Of a stretch of 36,576 nt of DNA, positions 7,573 through 14,774 are shown in pieces; the first letter of the stretch is position 1; the number at the start of each line of letters is the position of its first letter. Below the pieces are notes generated by a model. The model saw nothing but the letters and a program-made list of their open reading frames with translations, was not told where the DNA came from and made no database searches. Both the position numbers and the translations under genes were made by a program. Location of the stretch: IMG/VR virus record IMGVR_UViG_3300003375_000006, positions 1-36,576 of that record. One strand, 5' to 3'. Source of the stretch: a virus.

Positions 7573-7605
7573 AATTTGTCGTTTGGTTAATAATTCGACA
7601 TGACT

Positions 7606-7634
7606 AGTATATGCTTACGCTTACGCTTACGCAA
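7606..7634 (-). promoter_or_regulatory. leftward early promoter (TTGCGT-17 bp-TATACT on the minus strand)
   Basis: Minus-strand reading: TTGCGT (7629-7634), spacer AAGCGTAAGCGTAAGCA (17 nt), TATACT (7606-7611). It lies about 34 nt upstream of the RHH ATG. Confidence 0.45.
7613..7630. repeat. (GCTTAC)x3 tandem hexamer forming the spacer of the leftward promoter; candidate operator
   Basis: Direct reading: gcttac gcttac gcttac, flanked by direct agtatat repeats (7606-7612 and 7634-7640). Confidence 0.9.
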
Positions 7635-7652
7635 GTATATAAAAAATTAAAC

Positions 7653-7661
7653 TGTGGATAA
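7653..7661. promoter_or_regulatory. perfect DnaA-box-like 9-mer (TGTGGATAA = complement of TTATCCACA)
   Basis: Exact match to the E. coli-type DnaA box consensus. It sits in the divergent intergenic region, at the -35 position of the rightward promoter. Confidence 0.3.
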
Positions 7662-7668
7662 CTTAATA

Positions 7669-7677
7669 TGCTATACT
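7669..7677 (+). promoter_or_regulatory. rightward promoter, extended -10 (TGcTATACT)
   Basis: TG at 7669-7670 and TATACT at 7672-7677, 19 nt upstream of the ATG at 7696. No good -35 element. Confidence 0.35.
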
Positions 7678-7695
7678 ATTTAAAAATCTTTCAAA

Positions 7696-7869
7696 ATGAA
7701 CGAACAAAATCACTACTGCCCATTTTGTGAGCAAGAACAGCATGGAAAAGTTCGAGCATATTTCATTGGAAAATGGAAAGTGTACCAATCTTTTAAGTGT
7801 TTTCTGTGTCACAATGTATCTCATTTTTTTACCTTTAAAAAGTTAAGAAATGAAACTAAACACAATTAG
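7696..7869 (+). CDS. zinc-ribbon miniprotein, paralogue 1 (57 aa)
   Basis: My own translation: MNEQNHYCPFCEQEQHGKVRAYFIGKWKVYQSFKCFLCHNVSHFFTFKKLRNETKHN*. CxxC...CxxC. Confidence 0.5.
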   Translation: MNEQNHYCPFCEQEQHGKVRAYFIGKWKVYQSFKCFLCHNVSHFFTFKKLRNETKHN

Positions 7870-8020
7870 CTTTTACTGCCCCATTTGCCAAGAATTTCGC
7901 AATGGTTCTATAGTTTCTCAAACTAAAAATGTAACTGTTGTAAGATGTCCTGTGTGCAAAGAAAACTCTACTTGTCATTTGTCATCGAAAGGTGAAGAAA
8001 TCCAAAACGATCAATCATGA
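7850..8020 (+). CDS. zinc-ribbon miniprotein, paralogue 2 (56 aa)
   Basis: My own translation: MKLNTISFYCPICQEFRNGSIVSQTKNVTVVRCPVCKENSTCHLSSKGEEIQNDQS*. It overlaps paralogue 1 by 20 nt and paralogue 3 by ATGA. Confidence 0.5.
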   Translation: MKLNTISFYCPICQEFRNGSIVSQTKNVTVVRCPVCKENSTCHLSSKGEEIQNDQS

Positions 8021-8247
8021 TACCAAAATCACTATTCTTCTGCACCACGTGCCAAGAAAATAGGTATGGTGAAGTTGTACAACAGGCTACCAGTTTTGGT
8101 AATTCTTTGGTAAGAGTTTGTATATGTGCAACATGTAATAAAACATCTATCGAAAAACTACCAATACAATTTTCAGTCAATAAATACAACAAACATGCTA
8201 ACCTTTCTGGCAATACTATCAGTAATTCTGGGAGCAATACGCTCTAA
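8017..8247 (+). CDS. zinc-ribbon miniprotein, paralogue 3 (76 aa)
   Basis: ORF track: MIPKSLFFCTTCQENRYGEVV...CICATCNK. Same FxC-x2-CQE-x-R/H-x-G ... CxxC layout as the two upstream ORFs. Confidence 0.55.
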   Translation: MIPKSLFFCTTCQENRYGEVVQQATSFGNSLVRVCICATCNKTSIEKLPIQFSVNKYNKHANLSGNTISNSGSNTL

Positions 8248-8250
8248 CAG

Positions 8251-8278
8251 AAAACCACCTCAACAAAGAGGTGGTTTT
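8251..8278. terminator. bidirectional intrinsic terminator between convergent genes
   Basis: AAAACCACCTC-aacaaa-GAGGTGGTTTT: an 11-bp perfect stem with A-run and T-run flanks serving both directions. It lies between the stop at 8247 (+) and the stop at 8284 (-). Confidence 0.7.
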
Positions 8279-8283
8279 TAATA

Positions 8284-8541
8284 TTAAGAATTACTTACCT
8301 GCTGGGTGTTATCTGTAGAAACAAGAGTAGTTCCTGGTGGAAGTTCAATACCTTGTGTTACAAAAAACTTTTCAACTGCGTTAAACACAATCGCGTTAAT
8401 TGCCACTGCAAGAGCTTGATAAGTACCAAAATTATGTCCTGAAACCCATTGTTCTACGTACATAAATCCCGCTCCAAGCATAATCAAAAGAACGTGAACC
8501 ATATATCGAACAATTTTTTGCTCTGTTGTTTGATTGATCAT
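8284..8541 (-). CDS. small membrane protein, holin candidate
   Basis: 85 aa with hydrophobic segments (VHVLLIMLGAGFMYV, ALAVAINAIVFNAV). Immediately downstream of the endolysin. Confidence 0.45.
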   Translation of the reverse strand: MINQTTEQKIVRYMVHVLLIMLGAGFMYVEQWVSGHNFGTYQALAVAINAIVFNAVEKFFVTQGIELPPGTTLVSTDNTQQVSNS

Positions 8542-8566
8542 AGATTTTTATGTTAGTTAATAATTC

Positions 8567-9082
8567 CTATTGTGCCATACTTTTTACCAAAGTACCAATA
8601 GCTCTTGGAATCCAATTACTTGGACCATATGTAGCATATTCTGCACATGAAAAATAATAAAGCACTCTAAGCGTTCCAAAACTTATAATATTGTCATTGG
8701 TTGCGTTATTCATCGCATGTAGAGTATTTGGACCAATAACTCCATCAGGTTTCACATTTAATGACTTTTGAAGCATTTGGACTGCTTCTCCAACTCCAGT
8801 ATTTACCGCCTCATCAAATACATTGAATGCAAGACCTGCTGGCATTGCATCACCTTGAATTTTTTTCCAAAAGTCATTGTAATAAATTAACACTGCTTGG
8901 TCTTTTGTAAGGTTTTTAATATCTAAATTAGGGTAAGACCTTTTTGAAATACCAAAGTTCGTTTCACCACCTGGATCTTTTGGGTCTAATGTATACCCAC
9001 CTTCATAATTTAATGTATTTTGAACAGCCAAATTAAAAGCTTTAGAATAATTTGGATTGTACGCAATTGAATATGTTTGCAT
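8567..9082 (-). CDS. endolysin, glycoside hydrolase family 108 with a PG_binding_3-like C-terminus
   Basis: NYEGGYTLDPKDPGGETNFGISKRSYP matches the GH108 signature (EGGY..D..D.GG.T.yGI). The downstream ...VKPDGVIGPNTLHAMNN fits the associated peptidoglycan-binding domain. Confidence 0.8.
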   Translation of the reverse strand: MQTYSIAYNPNYSKAFNLAVQNTLNYEGGYTLDPKDPGGETNFGISKRSYPNLDIKNLTKDQAVLIYYNDFWKKIQGDAMPAGLAFNVFDEAVNTGVGEAVQMLQKSLNVKPDGVIGPNTLHAMNNATNDNIISFGTLRVLYYFSCAEYATYGPSNWIPRAIGTLVKSMAQ

Positions 9083-9086
9083 ATTG

Positions 9087-9329
9087 CTATTGTAAATATT
9101 TTATTGTAAAAAAGCAACCTAATGAAGCACCTAAAACTACTGCAATAATAAGTTTTGGATCGGATACATATTCAATAATATTTAAAGATGCAAGCAAATA
9201 TCCAAAACCAGTCCACATAGAAGCCACAAAAGCTTTTTTAGAAGTTGTGTAATTTATTGCAAAAGTCCAACAACTATCAAGAAAAGCCGAAATTACAAAT
9301 ACAAGAACAAATTTTAATATTTCAATCAT
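9087..9329 (-). CDS. small multi-pass membrane protein, holin candidate
   Basis: 80 aa with about three hydrophobic segments. Immediately upstream of the endolysin, and in ATGA-type overlap with the upstream gene. Confidence 0.45.
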   Translation of the reverse strand: MIEILKFVLVFVISAFLDSCWTFAINYTTSKKAFVASMWTGFGYLLASLNIIEYVSDPKLIIAVVLGASLGCFFTIKYLQ

Positions 9330-11008
9330 ACCACAGATTTAGGATCCGGTATTTTTTTATTACTAAATTTAATACCATGATCCTCTGCTTCTTCAATGTC
9401 TTTTAAAAGTTCTACAAAACCTTGTAAATTACAATCAATAGACTCTCCTTTCATTTCTCCTAAATGTTCTTTAAGTTTTTCAATAGCACCGTCAATAGTG
9501 TTTGAAACTCCTAAAACTACTCCTAATTCATCATTAGATTTTGGTGGGAAATGACAAATTCCATCTCGTTCACAATAGTGATAAAGTTTTACCCATTTAC
9601 GAATTTTTTCTGGAACTTTAAGTACACTCCATTCTCCACCCGCAGTATAGTGCATGGTAGCAGCCGCAGAAAATTTATATTTAAACTCTGGTTCAATAAC
9701 TTCACCATTTGCACCATTCCAAATGACATCAGCAAGATTAGTACATGTTTCCAAAAGCTGTTCACCAGATTGTCCAGGCATTCGCATCGTAGGGTCAATA
9801 AAATATGGCACTCCGTCTTTTACTCGAATTTCAGTAGCCATAAAATTACGATATTTAAACTTTTTGAGAAGTGGTGCAAGTTTCTCATTTACCACTTTTA
9901 CAACTTCTGGAAGTTTATCGTAATCAATAAGAGATGCTAAATAAAGTTCGTTTTTCTTTTCATACCCTTGTGAACATTTTGAAGGAAATTTACCATCAAT
10001 ACACCAAAGATCAGCTCCCGTTTCAACGTCAGTATCAATATGGTCTTGAACAATAAAAACAATTTCATCAGATAAACCTCCAAATTGAATATCAAGGCGA
10101 TCAAGTTCTGGATCACTATGATCAGAATCAATATGGTGAAATGTCTCCATATTTCCACGATATTTATTAACTTTAATGTATTTGTTTTTAACTGTTTTTA
10201 AGTATTCTCGCAATTTATCAACACCTACAATTTTTTCAGAATGTATAGTAGGTAGTCCCAATTCTTCTAAAACGTTTAAAAAGTGGTCTCTAAAGAGTTC
10301 TAATTCATCAGCCCCCATATTGCCCCAAATAGCTTTTCCAAGGCTTTTAAGGTGCCTTTGAAGCCCTTCATAGCCAATATCAGGAAATATAAACAAGTCT
10401 ACTTTTTCCATAAATTTAGGGTCAAAAATGTCTTCCACTCGTTCTACAGTTTTAAGTCCTGTTGCTTTTACACAATCGTCAATAGAATAATACTCTTTTG
10501 AGGTTGGTGTGTAATAATAAACTTTCTTAAAAGTTTCACCAAGTTTTTCGGCAAGACAAATAAATGTACCATAATCAACAACGCAAGCTACTACATCGGA
10601 AGATGGTTTTAGTGAGTTTTCTACTTTTTCAATAATTGGATCTTCTTGTTTTACATGCAAAAGTTCAATGTTTGGATTTATTTTTTGAATAAATTCAAGT
10701 TGTTTTTCAGTGTCATCTATGAAACTTGTAATTCCAAGTTTTTTAATCATTTCTCCTTTCCAAGTACCTACGAGTTTATCTTTGCTTGATTTACCATCTA
10801 TTTTATCTTGGTCTGGGAAAAAGTAAATTTCGTTATCATGTTTTAAATGTTCACGTACAAAATCCTCGTCTTCTTTAGGGCGTCCAGTTAAGATAATTGT
10901 CCCTTTTTCTGGAATAATACCAGCAGTAATTACACCATCAAAATCAGAACCGTTTATTTTCTTTTTTGATAAAATTTCTTGTAGTTTTTTCATATATGTG
11001 GTATTCAT
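9326..11008 (-). CDS. fusion protein: N-terminal HAD-like phosphatase domain plus a large ATP-grasp-like domain
   Basis: HAD motifs: DFDGVIT (DxDxV), ILTGR, and K...FIDD within the first ~110 aa. The C-terminal region ...YIKVNKYRGNMETFHH...ATEIRVKDGVPYFIDPTMRMPGQSGE resembles the ATP-grasp Mg/ATP strand. The ATP-grasp call is recall-based. Confidence 0.55.
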   Translation of the reverse strand: MNTTYMKKLQEILSKKKINGSDFDGVITAGIIPEKGTIILTGRPKEDEDFVREHLKHDNEIYFFPDQDKIDGKSSKDKLVGTWKGEMIKKLGITSFIDDTEKQLEFIQKINPNIELLHVKQEDPIIEKVENSLKPSSDVVACVVDYGTFICLAEKLGETFKKVYYYTPTSKEYYSIDDCVKATGLKTVERVEDIFDPKFMEKVDLFIFPDIGYEGLQRHLKSLGKAIWGNMGADELELFRDHFLNVLEELGLPTIHSEKIVGVDKLREYLKTVKNKYIKVNKYRGNMETFHHIDSDHSDPELDRLDIQFGGLSDEIVFIVQDHIDTDVETGADLWCIDGKFPSKCSQGYEKKNELYLASLIDYDKLPEVVKVVNEKLAPLLKKFKYRNFMATEIRVKDGVPYFIDPTMRMPGQSGEQLLETCTNLADVIWNGANGEVIEPEFKYKFSAAATMHYTAGGEWSVLKVPEKIRKWVKLYHYCERDGICHFPPKSNDELGVVLGVSNTIDGAIEKLKEHLGEMKGESIDCNLQGFVELLKDIEEAEDHGIKFSNKKIPDPKSVV

Positions 11009-11091
11009 ACAAAATGAATGGAATAATTTTAATCCTTATAGGTTTTTCAATAACTGGATGGTGTATTACTGAGGCTTTTAAAATTTTTTAA

Positions 11092-12618
11092 CTATAAACC
11101 AAATAATTTTTTTATACCCTCGTATGCAGTTGCACCTCCTGCTGCAATTCCTCCTACAACAGCAGCCTTTTTAATAAGTCCTGGATCTTTAATATTTTGC
11201 AATATTTTATAATTATTAAACCCTTTTAATTCTTTTTCTATTTGTGGCCATTGATCTCCAAATATCTCTTGTGCAATTGTTTTTAGATTGGCATTTAATG
11301 CTGGGTCAGCCAATTTCTTTGCAAAAGCTGAAATTTTTGATTCAATTACGTTTCCATTTCTATCAAAAAATCCTTTTGTTGCAGCATTTACTTTGTCTAT
11401 GTTACTAACAGCATTTTCAAGTGCTGGTCCATATTCTTTAGATGAAGAAGAAATAAGTTTTTTTAATTCATTATTTACAGAACTAACTACTTTATCAGAA
11501 AGAGAACCGTCGCCTCGATTAAACTGATCGTAAAGAACTCGCCTTAATTCTGCAATCCCACGAGGAGTATTATTTGTCCATGATTTTATTTTATCAACCA
11601 TATTTGATACAACTTTTTGTTCATCAGGTGTAAATTTTGTTTTTGTGATTAAGTCCTCTATATTTTTTAATGTTCCTGCACCTGATGACTTTTCTAAGCT
11701 ACCAACAACTTTTTCCATTGCACTATTTACTGAATTTACAATATCTTGTTCTTTATATGAAATATCATTTGGAAGTTTATCAAAAACAGCATTTAATGCT
11801 TGTTGTCCTTTTTGTGAAAAAGAAGTAATAGCTGATTTTATTTTTGACCCTGTATCTGCAAGTGTTCTTTTTCCTGTTTGAAATTCTTGTGCAATTGGAT
11901 CTGATTTTGCAGCAGCTCTCTGTCCAGCTTCGTCTCCAAATAGTTTTGTAGTTAATGATTTTTCTCCAGTAGCAAGAGGTTTTCCAAAATTGGCAATTGT
12001 ATCCAATATTTTTCCAGCACCATATTCAACACCCCTTCCTAATACTCCTCCTGCTACTGTACTTGCAATAACACCACCAACACCTTGTTTATTTTGCAAT
12101 CCTGTAGCAAGTCCCTGAGCTGCTCCATAAGCTGTTCCGCTTTGTACCGCAGCATCAGCAGCAGGAATTTCAGCCGGAGCTCCTTCATTTCCTAAAAGCA
12201 TTGATCCAGTTAAAGCTAAGTTTGTACCAGTAGAAATAACATCACCAGCAATTTGTTCAGGTGATTTTTTTTGACCAATATCAAAAGCAACAGGTGCAAC
12301 ATTTTGTGCAATTGGTTTTGCATTGTAAGCAACCTCAGAACCTAATGGTGATTCTGCTTGTACAACACCTTTTACAATAGGTTTTTGAAAAAAGTTTGTT
12401 ATTGAATTTTTTACGTTACCTAGTGTTTTAGAACCTAAAAATGGTTGAACTGTCGGAGTGGTTGGTGTGGTTTGAGCTTTTTTAATTTGAGTTACACCAG
12501 GAACATTAATACTAAAAGAATTTTGTGAAGGCAAAGAACCCGATTGATCGGGTGTTTGTGTTCCTTTTTGAACCGGAGCGACACCCGGTACATTTATGCT
12601 GAAAGGAGTATTTGCCAT
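11092..12618 (-). CDS. internal virion / DNA-ejection protein candidate (Gly/Ala-rich hydrophobic segments)
   Basis: 508 aa. Duplicated N-terminal FSINVPGV motif. Long G/A-rich hydrophobic stretches (GVGGVIASTVAGGVLG; AAVVGGIAAGGATAY). Position after the tail genes matches that of internal proteins in T7-like genome layouts. Confidence 0.4.
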   Translation of the reverse strand: MANTPFSINVPGVAPVQKGTQTPDQSGSLPSQNSFSINVPGVTQIKKAQTTPTTPTVQPFLGSKTLGNVKNSITNFFQKPIVKGVVQAESPLGSEVAYNAKPIAQNVAPVAFDIGQKKSPEQIAGDVISTGTNLALTGSMLLGNEGAPAEIPAADAAVQSGTAYGAAQGLATGLQNKQGVGGVIASTVAGGVLGRGVEYGAGKILDTIANFGKPLATGEKSLTTKLFGDEAGQRAAAKSDPIAQEFQTGKRTLADTGSKIKSAITSFSQKGQQALNAVFDKLPNDISYKEQDIVNSVNSAMEKVVGSLEKSSGAGTLKNIEDLITKTKFTPDEQKVVSNMVDKIKSWTNNTPRGIAELRRVLYDQFNRGDGSLSDKVVSSVNNELKKLISSSSKEYGPALENAVSNIDKVNAATKGFFDRNGNVIESKISAFAKKLADPALNANLKTIAQEIFGDQWPQIEKELKGFNNYKILQNIKDPGLIKKAAVVGGIAAGGATAYEGIKKLFGL

Positions 12619-12622
12619 AGAT

Positions 12623-14770
12623 TTATTGTGAAGCTTCTATTGTGTAACCTTGATCAAATGCTTGGCTTAACTGATCAGGAGTATAAGTTCCTGGTTGTAC
12701 TGTATAAACATTTCCATCTGGGTCAACTAAATTAATTGTTTGATTTACAGGGTTATCAGGATTCATTCCTAATTCATCTGTTTTAATATACAACTGTGCA
12801 TTTTGAGTGGCAATAGAGCTTGCTTGGTTTTGCGCTTCTTTGAGAAGTGTATTCACAATTGAACTAATTTGATCAGATGTTGCTCCTGATGGAAGTACAT
12901 CAGTTGCAGAAAGTTTATCGGCAACAGTAGTTCCTGATGCATTTTTAATAGAAAGCAAACTAGCCAATTCGTTTTTAATTGTTTCGTTTTGTGCCAAATA
13001 TTGAGCTACAGAAGGACTACCTGATGCAGATGCAAGGGCATTTACAATTTTGTTAATTGCAGGTGCTGATGTATTTACATCATTATTTTGTATATTCTTT
13101 TGCAGTAATTTAATATTACTTCCAATGGTTCCAGTTTGTAAATTAAGGTTGTTTAACAACTTGTTATTGTCTGTAATAAGGCTTAGATTTGCTGCTTGAA
13201 TATCCGCATTTGGAAGGTCATGTCCAGTTGCTTCTTTGTAATATTGTCCTGATTTATCTGCAATACTATTAATCAATCCGCCACCTTGTCCTCTGGTTGA
13301 AATTCCAAGTGATGAAGCTGTCGGAATTTTACCTTGGGTTAAAAATTGTCTCAAGTAATTTGCTGCTGCTCTATCAACACCATCTGCCCCTTGAGGATTA
13401 AACCCAGGGACTTTTGCAAGTAATCCATATTGGCTAGTGTCTGTAGTAGTTTGTGAATCAGTTGGTCCAGTGTTTGTATATTTTTGAATTGCATCACCAA
13501 CAGATAATCCTTGCTTTGCTAAGTTTTGATAGGTTTGGGCAATAGCGTTCAAACCATCTTGAGGTGTTGCAAAGTTAGCAAAATTACCACCGTCAGATGC
13601 TGCTTTTCCAATAGTCGCACCTGGCTGATTAGCGAATTTTACATTTCCTGGATTGTTGGTTCCTTGAGGTGTTCCTCCTTCATTTTGAATAGCTGCCTGT
13701 ACAAGAGCATTTAAATTATTAGGGTCACTAATAAATGTAGCTAGTGAATCACTAGGATTTACATTAATCCCTTGTTTTGACAATATAGAGACATAATTTG
13801 GAGTTGCAGAAGAAGCTGTGCCCTGTTGTGCCGTTGGATTTGGAGCACCACCAATCTGTGCCGTAGGAATACCAGTTAATGGATTTACGCCAAAAATTTG
13901 ATATGTCGTTGGGTCATTTGGATTCCAATTTGCAGCATGGTAAATAACGGCATTTGTGCCGATTTTTTCTTGTGTCCAACTTTGTGGGAGAGTTACACCT
14001 AAATCATAAGATTGAACAGATGGCTTTCCGGTAATTGGATCTGTAACAAGTTGATTGTACGTACTTCCTGTAATCCATGTTTGTTGAATATTTTGTGGTG
14101 GAATACTTGTTGCAAACATTGCATCAGTAATATTTGGGTCTCCACCTGTTGCTTGAACCAATTTATTGTAACTAACTGGATCTTGAGTTTTAAAAGAACT
14201 CCAATCCATGTGATTTTCTGCAAGGGTTTTAATGGATGCAGCTGCTTGAGATTGGTCTGCTGCCGTCAAATTAGCAATATTTTGTGTTTCATTAGTAATT
14301 GCTGATGCTCTATTTGCATCTGCATTTGCACGAGCATTTTGTATTGTAGCAGCTTCATTTGGGGTACCTCCTACACCAGGAGTTTCTCCTACTGCATATT
14401 TTAAATTATCAGAATAAGCATTTGTAGTTGCAAGCAAAGAAGCCTTTGCTGTATTAATAAGGTCTGTATAAGGATCAGTTTTTGGAGTTGTAGAGTTTTC
14501 CGGAGTTGGCTGAGTTAATGTTGGAGATGCAGTTTGTGCCGGTGCAGAAGACGGTGCTACTCGTGGCAATAAGTTTGCGTCAGTAGATGCAGGTTTATTA
14601 GCCATATCATAAGCAGCTTTTGTAAGTGGGCCATATTTAGAATCTACTGCGAGAGGAGTAAAACCAGCAGTTCCCTGCAATTTCTGGTTAAGCGAAGTTT
14701 GCAGTGATGCAACACTTGGCCCACTTTCGCCATATGCAGGATTTGGATTTGTTGTAGGTGTATAGTGCAT
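12623..14770 (-). CDS. large virion protein with an N-terminal peptidoglycan-binding-like motif; ejection or wall-penetration protein candidate
   Basis: SLQTSLNQKLQGTAGFTPLAVDSKYGPLTKAAYD resembles PG_binding_1. The central conserved-looking block is AIQNEGGTPQGTNNPGNVKFANQPGA...FANFATPQDGLNAI. Its function was not established by eye. Confidence 0.45.
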   Translation of the reverse strand: MHYTPTTNPNPAYGESGPSVASLQTSLNQKLQGTAGFTPLAVDSKYGPLTKAAYDMANKPASTDANLLPRVAPSSAPAQTASPTLTQPTPENSTTPKTDPYTDLINTAKASLLATTNAYSDNLKYAVGETPGVGGTPNEAATIQNARANADANRASAITNETQNIANLTAADQSQAAASIKTLAENHMDWSSFKTQDPVSYNKLVQATGGDPNITDAMFATSIPPQNIQQTWITGSTYNQLVTDPITGKPSVQSYDLGVTLPQSWTQEKIGTNAVIYHAANWNPNDPTTYQIFGVNPLTGIPTAQIGGAPNPTAQQGTASSATPNYVSILSKQGINVNPSDSLATFISDPNNLNALVQAAIQNEGGTPQGTNNPGNVKFANQPGATIGKAASDGGNFANFATPQDGLNAIAQTYQNLAKQGLSVGDAIQKYTNTGPTDSQTTTDTSQYGLLAKVPGFNPQGADGVDRAAANYLRQFLTQGKIPTASSLGISTRGQGGGLINSIADKSGQYYKEATGHDLPNADIQAANLSLITDNNKLLNNLNLQTGTIGSNIKLLQKNIQNNDVNTSAPAINKIVNALASASGSPSVAQYLAQNETIKNELASLLSIKNASGTTVADKLSATDVLPSGATSDQISSIVNTLLKEAQNQASSIATQNAQLYIKTDELGMNPDNPVNQTINLVDPDGNVYTVQPGTYTPDQLSQAFDQGYTIEASQ

Positions 14771-14774
14771 AAAT

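Noticed and set aside
5137-8237. Track ORFs 5137..5337(+), 6894..7100(+), 7318..7539(+) and 7968..8237(-)
   Set aside because: They are antisense to, or overlap, better-supported genes (NinG-like gene, annealase, acidic/RHH miniproteins, zinc-ribbon operon). Their sequence is junk-like.
9052-10361. Track ORFs inside or antisense to the endolysin, holin and ATP-grasp genes (9052..9252, 9551..9940, 9589..9798, 9654..9923, 9937..10158, 10176..10361)
   Set aside because: They are alternative-frame or antisense overlaps of long, motif-bearing ORFs. No independent signals.
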